Positions 57,150-64,000 of a DNA stretch of 64,000 bases are shown piece by piece. The notes beneath the pieces were generated by a model. The model worked only from the letters and a program-made list of their open reading frames with translations. It was not told where the DNA came from and did not search any database. This DNA is from Candidatus Yanofskybacteria bacterium RIFCSPHIGHO2_01_FULL_41_21 (GTDB lineage Bacteria; Patescibacteriota; Minisyncoccia; 2-02-FULL-40-12; GWA2-44-9). The stretch covers positions 358 to 64,357 of the forward strand of contig MGJA01000008.1 in NCBI GenBank assembly GCA_001794025.1, read 5' to 3'. Position 1 is the stretch's first letter; every line of letters starts with the position of its first letter. The translations under genes were made by a program, and so were the position numbers.

Positions 57150-57259
57150 AGAATAGTAATTAGCCACTAGCGATTAGCTATTAGTACAAATTTGATAATC
57201 TAAGCAATACTAGCATTTTGGGCTTTGCTGACAACTTGTTTAAAGGGTATAATAGTTTA

Positions 57260-58642
57260 ATGGATAATAAAGATATTAGGGTTAGGATAGCGCCGTCGCC
57301 GACAGGGTTTCTTCACATAGGAACGGGACAATCGGCGCTTTATAATTGGTTATTTGCCAAGAAAATGGGCGGTAAGTTTTATTTAAGAATTGAAGACACC
57401 GATAGGGAACGCTCCACTAAGGAATACGAAGAAAGTATTTTGGGGGCTTTATGTTGGCTTGGTTTGGATTGGTGTGGCGAAGTTATTCACCAGAGTGAAC
57501 GGATACAATTATATAGAACGGCGTTAGAAAAGTTATTAAGTGAAGGTAAGGCCTTTTATTGTCATCATTCTCAAGAGGAGCTTGAAGCCGAGCGTCAACG
57601 TCAGGAATTTGAAAAACAACCACCTCGACACGAGTGTAACCACAAAGACCTTCCGCTTGGCAAAGAGGGTGGGGGAATCATCCGATTAAACGTCGGTGAC
57701 TCAACACAAGTTATTTCTTTTGAAGATCAAATTAAGGGTCATATTGAATTTAAGGCCGGACTCTTAGGCGATTTTAGTATTGCTCGCTCGGTCAGCGACC
57801 CGCTCTATAATTTTGCGGCGGTTATAGATGATGCCGAGATGGAAATTTCCCATGTCATTAGAGGTGAAGACCATATTTCTAATACACCTAAACAGATTCT
57901 CGTATACGAAGCGCTTGGTTTGCCTGTTCCATTATTTGCGCACTTGCCGTTAATTTTGGCGCCTGACAAATCAAAACTTTCAAAGCGTCATGGGGCGATG
58001 GCGGTGGTTGACTACAAGAAGGACTACTTACCTGATGCGATTGTTAATTTTTTGGGTGGTTTGGGTTATACATTCAGTAAAGATCTTCTTTCTCGCGAAG
58101 AAATGATCCAAGAATTTGAACTATCAAAAGTCCATAAATCCGGAGCAATATTTGATACGAAAAAATTAAATTGGATTAATAGTCAGTATATTCGCCGATT
58201 GACACCGTCGGAGTTCAAAAATTTAACGGGTTTAAATGTTTCGGACTTGGCGGTGCCATTGATTACTGAACGTCTGGAAAAATTAAGCGACGCTCAAGAA
58301 TTTTCGTATTTATGGGAAGCACCTGTCTACGAAAAAGAATTATTAAAATGGAAGGACTCATCGCTTGAAGATGTTAAAGATTCATTGACTAAGACGCTGG
58401 TTGTCGTTGAGGAATTAGAAACAATAACTGATGAATCATTACGAAACAAGTTAGAGTTATTGAGCGTAGATACAGGTAAAGCCAGCCCGAACAACCGTTC
58501 GGTCGGGCGGGGAGTAGTATTCTGGCCACTTCGCGTGGTTTTATCTGGAAGAGAAAAATCACCTGACCCGGTTCAATTAGCTGTTGTGCTTGGTAAAGAT
58601 GAAGTCATAAAGCGAGTCAAAGAAGCAATCGGGAAAATATAA
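57260..58642 (+). CDS. gltX: Glutamyl-tRNA synthetase
   Basis: RIAPSPTGFLHIG, LRIEDTD, RGEDH, KLSKR. Confidence 0.97.
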   Translation: MDNKDIRVRIAPSPTGFLHIGTGQSALYNWLFAKKMGGKFYLRIEDTDRERSTKEYEESILGALCWLGLDWCGEVIHQSERIQLYRTALEKLLSEGKAFYCHHSQEELEAERQRQEFEKQPPRHECNHKDLPLGKEGGGIIRLNVGDSTQVISFEDQIKGHIEFKAGLLGDFSIARSVSDPLYNFAAVIDDAEMEISHVIRGEDHISNTPKQILVYEALGLPVPLFAHLPLILAPDKSKLSKRHGAMAVVDYKKDYLPDAIVNFLGGLGYTFSKDLLSREEMIQEFELSKVHKSGAIFDTKKLNWINSQYIRRLTPSEFKNLTGLNVSDLAVPLITERLEKLSDAQEFSYLWEAPVYEKELLKWKDSSLEDVKDSLTKTLVVVEELETITDESLRNKLELLSVDTGKASPNNRSVGRGVVFWPLRVVLSGREKSPDPVQLAVVLGKDEVIKRVKEAIGKI

Positions 58643-58730
58643 TTCCCGCCCAAACGACTGAATCGTTCCCCGCCAGAATGACCTTGTCGGGCTGGAGTCG
58701 GGCAGGTAGGATTTTAAAAAACATCTACTA

Positions 58731-59993
58731 ATGTCAATAAAATTTAAAATAATAGGGTTTGCGCTTCTTGTTTCTTGTTTCTGGATTATTGTTCCAGTAG
58801 TTCACGCTGATGTGAATCAAGACAAGATTGAACAGTTGAGAAAAGAGATTGAAGAACTTGAAAAACGAGATGCTCAATTAAAAAAGGAGGCCGAGCAATA
58901 TCGGGGGAATATCGCCGAGACCCAAGCTCAAGCCAACACCCTCAAAAATCAAATTCAGAATTTAAAGAATCAGATTGGTGTATTGGAAACGAATATAAAA
59001 TTAACGGGCAAAAAGATAGATAAGACCCAAGTTGAAATTGTTGGAGTTCAAGAAAATATTCTGACCACGCAAGAAAAAATGGACTACCAGCGGTTGACGA
59101 TTGGACAGTTACTTTTATATCTCGCTAAACGTGATAATGAAAGTTTGGTTGGTATTTTAATGAAGAGCGAAAATCTTTCTGATTATTTTAATGATGCGCA
59201 ATACGCATTAACGGTGAACTCTACCTTATTAGATGTAGTAAATAATCTTCAAAAAGCCGAAGCCCAGCTTTCAACCCAAAAAGAGGATCTTGAGGGCAAG
59301 AAAAAGAGTTTAGAAACACTTCGGCAACAAGCAAATGCTCAAAAAGCATCATTAGCCGACACAACATCCAGTAAAAACAAAATTCTTGCGACGACAAAAG
59401 GTCAAGAGGATGCTTATCAGAAATTATTGGCGGAAACCGAAGAACTTCAACGGCAGGCAAATCTTGAAATATTTCGTCTAGAAGATCAATTACGTCAAGC
59501 TATTAACCCTAACAGTTTGCCTATCGCTCGGTCCGGAATATTGATGAAACCGGCAGAGGGAACCAAAAGTCAGTCATATGGGTGTATTGAGACGGCTTTT
59601 GCCCGTAGAAATTATCCCAGTTGTAATAATAAAAAAGGCGGTTTTCATAATGGTTTAGATATTGCCGCAAAATATGGTACACCTCTTCACTCTGCCGAAG
59701 ACGGTAGAGTTATTGCGGTTGGAAATGCTCCCTATGCTTATGGTGTTTGGGCGGCTATTGAACATAGTAATGGACTGGTAACAGCTTATACTCATATGTC
59801 ACTTCGATCGGTTAGTGTCGGACAAGAGGTGAAAAGAGGGGATATAGTTGGGAATATGGGCAGTACCGGGCTTTCTACGGGATCCCATATTCATTTTATG
59901 GTCTATGCTCCAAAGACCTTCACAACCAAACAAAGTACTATTTCAGGACTGCTTCCGATTGGCGCAACTCTTAATCCTTTGGATTATATTTAG
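58731..59993 (+). CDS. Coiled-coil + M23 peptidase (EnvC/CwlO-like)
   Basis: Signal peptide, long coiled coil, HNGLD, YTHM, GSTGLSTGSHIHF. Confidence 0.92.
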   Translation: MSIKFKIIGFALLVSCFWIIVPVVHADVNQDKIEQLRKEIEELEKRDAQLKKEAEQYRGNIAETQAQANTLKNQIQNLKNQIGVLETNIKLTGKKIDKTQVEIVGVQENILTTQEKMDYQRLTIGQLLLYLAKRDNESLVGILMKSENLSDYFNDAQYALTVNSTLLDVVNNLQKAEAQLSTQKEDLEGKKKSLETLRQQANAQKASLADTTSSKNKILATTKGQEDAYQKLLAETEELQRQANLEIFRLEDQLRQAINPNSLPIARSGILMKPAEGTKSQSYGCIETAFARRNYPSCNNKKGGFHNGLDIAAKYGTPLHSAEDGRVIAVGNAPYAYGVWAAIEHSNGLVTAYTHMSLRSVSVGQEVKRGDIVGNMGSTGLSTGSHIHFMVYAPKTFTTKQSTISGLLPIGATLNPLDYI

Positions 59994-59996
59994 TAA

Positions 59997-61241
59997 ATGA
60001 AAAAAATCCTTATTCTTGGCGGGGGATTTGGTGGTGTCCGATGTGCTCTTGATTGTGCTAGAAAATTTAAAGATAAGGCGACGGTAACACTTATAGATCA
60101 AAATTCATATCACACTTTTACGTCAGCTTTATACGAGGTTGCTTCGGCCTATCAACCAACTGAAGATCCCTTTGCTTTGGAATTGCGACGTGCCGTAGCT
60201 ATTCCCTACAAAGACATACTTGAAAACAAAAAAGTAGATTTCATTCAGGCCCAAATAACCTCAGTTGATCTTGTTAATTCTAAGGTATTTCTTGATGGTG
60301 GCACTCAACTTGATTTTGATTACATCATATTTGCATTAGGCAGTCAGACCGCTGATTTTGGTATTCTAGGTGTTCGTGAATATGCCTATCAATTTAAAAC
60401 GACTGATGATGCTGTGACTCTTCATAATAAACTTGAGACATCATTTCGAGCCATGGCTCAGGGTAAATTATCATCACCTGTAAAATTTTTAATTATTGGC
60501 GCCGGTTTTACTGGTATTGAACTCGCGGGAGAATTAATGACTTGTGCCAAAAGATTAGCCCGTCGTTATGGTCTTAATCAGCGTTCGTTTTCAACAATTC
60601 TTTTTGAAGCTGGATCAGTTATTTTACCGATAATCAAAGAAACAGAAAGGAAAAAAATAATAAATCGTCTGACCGATTTAGGGGTAGTGATAATGACAAA
60701 TTCAGTCGTTGAAAGTGTTTTGAGTGATTCGGTTAAATTAAAAACTGGCCAAACAGTTACTGGTACTGCAGTTGTCTGGACGGCCGGTGTCCAAGCAAAT
60801 CAATTACTGAAAACAATTTATGGTTTACCCATAACCGATAAGGCAAAAATTATGGTTGATAAAAATCTTCAGGTTCAAGATTCGGATAAATTATTTGCGT
60901 TAGGGGATTGTGTTGAATTTGTTGATTCTAAAACACAAAAATCGATTCCTGGTTTAGCTTATACTGCCCAAGCACAAGGACGTCTTGTTGCCGAAAATTT
61001 ATATAGTATTGTTTTCCAAAAAAGGTTACATCCATATATTCCAAGTTATGGTCATTGGGTAGCCCCTGTAGGCGGTAAATTTGCTGTGGCTCATCTGGAT
61101 GGATTTGGTTCTTATTTCGGTTTTTACGGATGGGTGATTAGAACTCTTGTGGATCTTCGTTATTTTTTATCTATACTGCCACTGCCTAAGGCCATAAAAT
61201 TATTTGGAAAAGATCTTTTGCTTTTTTCTAAAAACGATTAG
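59997..61241 (+). CDS. NDH-2-family FAD/NAD(P)H oxidoreductase
   Basis: ILGGGFGG, IIGAGFTGIELAGE, VWTAGV, FALGDC. Confidence 0.88.
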   Translation: MKKILILGGGFGGVRCALDCARKFKDKATVTLIDQNSYHTFTSALYEVASAYQPTEDPFALELRRAVAIPYKDILENKKVDFIQAQITSVDLVNSKVFLDGGTQLDFDYIIFALGSQTADFGILGVREYAYQFKTTDDAVTLHNKLETSFRAMAQGKLSSPVKFLIIGAGFTGIELAGELMTCAKRLARRYGLNQRSFSTILFEAGSVILPIIKETERKKIINRLTDLGVVIMTNSVVESVLSDSVKLKTGQTVTGTAVVWTAGVQANQLLKTIYGLPITDKAKIMVDKNLQVQDSDKLFALGDCVEFVDSKTQKSIPGLAYTAQAQGRLVAENLYSIVFQKRLHPYIPSYGHWVAPVGGKFAVAHLDGFGSYFGFYGWVIRTLVDLRYFLSILPLPKAIKLFGKDLLLFSKND

Positions 61242-61655
61242 ATTATAGAGACATAGACAAAGATGGGGGACTCCCCTACGGGGATTTAAAAATTAGGGCT
61301 TCTATTGTAACTACCTCCATAATTTAGAGATGGTTACTTTCTGGACACTATAAGACAGGCGAGCGAGAAAATATTTTTTATTTAATTAAATACGTAGAAT
61401 AAAATTAATTTCAAAATTTAAAAAATTTTTTTAAATTTTGAAATTAACCTTGATAGTTGAACGTTGGGCCACTGGGTCAAGTTGAGACACGTAAGACCTC
61501 TTTATAATAGAGACCTTAAAGAGGGGTATAGGCCATTATATTGAGGCCCCAGGATGCTCTAGGATGAATGGAAGGGTACTGGGAGTCACGTAGAGTCGGA
61601 CAAGAATACTATATCTAATAGATGTTCCGTGGATACCAGTTATGGTATCGTTAAT

Positions 61656-61683
61656 ACGTCGCATAATCTACAATGTGCGACGT
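61656..61683. other. dif-like 11-6-11 site candidate
   Basis: ACGTCGCATAA-TCTACA-ATGTGCGACGT. Confidence 0.35.
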
Positions 61684-61918
61684 ACCGTAAAGATAAAAAC
61701 GGCACTCCCCTTTAATAAATTAGAGTTTTGAATTATTTTTATTTAATTAAATTTGTTAAATATTTCACCTTACCCCTCTTCATTAGTCAAGGTCCCCCGT
61801 TTGTTGTTATGGGATTGTAATAAATACTCATTAAGTTAAAATCAATTAAATCTGTCAGTTTTCAGATTTGTCCCGTTAAGTGTCAGGATTTATTAAGATT
61901 TATTAATTAAAATATAAT

Positions 61919-62596
61919 ATGCCTAAACTCGTATTTGATATAGAAACCGTTGGTGTGGATTTTGAGGCCTTAGACCCAACTGCTCAAGAGTTATTGTTAG
62001 CAAGTGCTAAAGATGATGCCGAACGCCAAGTCATCCGCGAGATGCTGGGTGTCTCACCTCTTACCGGTCGGGTAGTAGCGGTTGCCTTTTTAAATCCCGA
62101 AACAAATAAAGGCGGGGTTTATTATCAAAAACAAAATGATAACGAGAAGGAGGAAGAGGTAGACGATTATCTTATGGTCCCCTGCGCCGACGAAAAAGAA
62201 ATTTTAAAAAGATTTTGGGATTTAGCGAATCATTACGATCAGTTCATTACCTTTAACGGCTATGGGTTTGATTGTCCGTTCATGATGATTCGTTCGGCAA
62301 TTTTTAAAATTAAACCATCAGTCAATCTGATGCATAACCGATATTACGATAAGCCCCATTTAGACGTCTACGACAAGTTGACCAACTATGGCGCGGTTCG
62401 GTTCAAACGCTCTCTTCACTTATGGTGCCAGGCCTTCGGTATTGAAAGCCCCAAAGACAAGGGCATCACGGGTCATGATGTCGGGCAATATTTCAAAGAC
62501 AAACGTTGTCGTGAGATTGCTCTTTATTGTGTCGGCGACATTAAGTCCACCGCCCTTCTCTATGAATATTGGGAGAAATATATGTCAGGCAGGTGA
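61919..62596 (+). CDS. PolB-related 3'-5' exonuclease (DEDD / RNase H-like)
   Basis: VFDIET, TFNGYGFDCPF, YCVGD. Confidence 0.9.
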   Translation: MPKLVFDIETVGVDFEALDPTAQELLLASAKDDAERQVIREMLGVSPLTGRVVAVAFLNPETNKGGVYYQKQNDNEKEEEVDDYLMVPCADEKEILKRFWDLANHYDQFITFNGYGFDCPFMMIRSAIFKIKPSVNLMHNRYYDKPHLDVYDKLTNYGAVRFKRSLHLWCQAFGIESPKDKGITGHDVGQYFKDKRCREIALYCVGDIKSTALLYEYWEKYMSGR

Positions 62597-62813
62597 TAAA
62601 AAAATTATCACTTTTCTCACGGCTTCCTCTTGGAGCATTTCTAGAAATTATCTCTCATTTCTCTGACCGACTGGGGTCACCCCTGTCAGGCCATGCGGAC
62701 TTCTGTCCGTTCCTGACATCCCCAGATCGGTACCCAGAGAAATATCAAGATAATTTCTGAAATGCTTGCCAATCGTGCAGATTGTGAGAAAAGTGATAAT
62801 TTTTTTATCACCT
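62591..62813 (+). repeat. About 200-bp dispersed element, copy 4
   Basis: Near-identical to 42953-43146. Confidence 0.9.
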
Positions 62814-62930
62814 ATTTTTAGGTGGTTTAGGAAAATTTGCTATTTTTTAGAATTAATGTTATTATATATCCCACGAGCACGTGGTGTGCTTGTCGGAGAT
62901 GTTCTTTATCTATAAGCAGGAGGTTAGATT

Positions 62931-63263
62931 GTGATGGTGATGAATAAGCAAGAGTTCATTCGAATCGTAGGTTGTATAAAGGAACTAGATTCCCTTCTCT
63001 TTAGCAGGCAACTACTACAATCAGATCAAGTTAGAACCGCGATGAAGAAGTTGCGGGATGAACTGGATACCGCTTTGAGAAACACCGAAACCATGAGGTA
63101 TGAGGAGTTGTCGGTTGGCGACTTCTACCTTGACCCCAAGGGTGTTCGTAAACGGAAGATCAAGTTTGATCTTGATATTGGGTCTGTACCAGTTGATCCC
63201 GGTCACAGTGGACTGGTGTCATGTCCCGCGCCATCAAAGCTGGTCAGAAGGATACTTGAGTAG
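62931..63263 (+). CDS. Hypothetical protein
   Basis: AGGAGG ribosome-binding site, downstream terminator at about 63273-63318. Confidence 0.6.
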   Translation: MMVMNKQEFIRIVGCIKELDSLLFSRQLLQSDQVRTAMKKLRDELDTALRNTETMRYEELSVGDFYLDPKGVRKRKIKFDLDIGSVPVDPGHSGLVSCPAPSKLVRRILE

Positions 63264-63342
63264 AGTCCGCGAAGGCCTGCGTCATCTGACGCCCGCCGAC
63301 GCGGGCCTTTTTCTTTTCCCTAATAAAAATAAGAAACGAGGT

Positions 63343-63552
63343 AGGTTAGACAAATTTTTCTCAATCTGCACGATTGGTAACTATTTCAGTAACTCTGACG
63401 CTATTTCTCTGGGTACCAGCCCGAGGATGTCGGGAACGGGTGAGCAAAGCGAAGCCGCATGGCCCGACAGGAGTTGCTTCGGCTGGTCAGAGAAATTAGG
63501 AAGAGTTGCTAGAAATAGTCCAAGAGGAAGCTGAGAAAAATTTGTCTAACCT
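63343..63552 (-). repeat. About 200-bp dispersed element, copy 5 (inverted)
   Basis: Reverse complement of copy 1 without its insertion. Confidence 0.9.
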
Positions 63553-64000
63553 GCCGAGCGATTGGCTTTGATTCTATCTTTTTCGGTTAAAAATCTCTTT
63601 CGGAGGCGGACGCTGGCAGGTGTAATTTCCAAAAAGTCGTCTTCAACCATAACTTCCAAACCGCGTTCAAGGGTTAAAGTGTAGGGTGGAGCCAGCATAA
63701 CATTGTCATCCGAGCCGGCAGCACGCATATTAGTGAGTTTTTTGCCTTTGATTGGATTGACGGTCATATCATCTCCTTTTGAAGTATCGCCAATAACCAT
63801 ACCAGCATAGACCTCGGTATTAGCGGAAATATAGAGCCGACCGCGCGCTTGGAGATTATCTAGAGCGTAAGCGAGTGTTTTGCCCGTCTCACCGGAGACC
63901 ATAGAGCCAACAGCCCGTTTTCTGATATCGCCGGCGTGTGGCTCAAAATCAATAAATCGGCTAGAGAGAATCCCCTCGCCTTTGGTATCAATTACGAATT
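63546..64000 (-). CDS. typA: Translational GTPase TypA/BipA, C-terminal part
   Basis: YALDNLQARG, VYAGMVIG, KKLTNMRAAGSD, EITPASVRLRK. Confidence 0.93.
   Translation of the reverse strand, partial: FVIDTKGEGILSSRFIDFEPHAGDIRKRAVGSMVSGETGKTLAYALDNLQARGRLYISANTEVYAGMVIGDTSKGDDMTVNPIKGKKLTNMRAAGSDDNVMLAPPYTLTLERGLEVMVEDDFLEITPASVRLRKRFLTEKDRIKANRSAG

Noticed and set aside
62388-63534. ORFs 62388-62666, 62569-62760 and 63100-63534 (also 42777-43013)
   Set aside because: The shared peptide text comes from the dispersed 200-bp repeat, not from a gene family.
1-64000. Alternative genetic code (TGA = Gly or Trp)
   Set aside because: Conserved genes such as tsf, mraZ, efp and znuC end at TGA at their expected lengths.

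Overview
Chromosomal window from a small-genome bacterium, most likely Patescibacteria/CPR (Parcubacteria-like). This is inferred from the short RF1 and EF-Ts, the non-canonical EF-P loop, a helicase-less PriA and many palindromic repeats. TGA is used as a stop codon. Most of the window is housekeeping: rplY, rpmE, prfA, rpsB, tsf, rpmG, rplJ/L, rplU, mraZ-rsmH-ftsL-ftsI-murF, mltG, recR, dnaB, cysS, hrcA-grpE-dnaK, dnaJ, efp, znuBC, def/fmt, priA, gltX, typA and six tRNAs. The standout locus is 6277-17638. It holds a 2226-aa HTH + TM + tail-fibre-like protein with a Peptidase_S74 chaperone domain, ending in the N-half of a split intein; the C-half starts a separate gene 2.3 kb downstream. The fibre carries four nucleotide-identical 25-bp repeats that separate unrelated in-frame 206-266-bp segments. 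The same DNA motif recurs inverted, out of frame and degenerate in both intein halves and the intervening genes. Between the halves lie a Zn-ribbon/HTH/PD-(D/E)XK nuclease, a four-helix-bundle gene, and two antisense promoter-RNA-terminator units: a tRNA-like RNA, and a small RNA whose two ends are complementary to that RNA's anticodon arm around a 20-nt insert. Several families of palindromic miniature elements sit at start codons, at gene ends and in frame inside core genes. All calls come from reading the sequence by eye; no database search was run.
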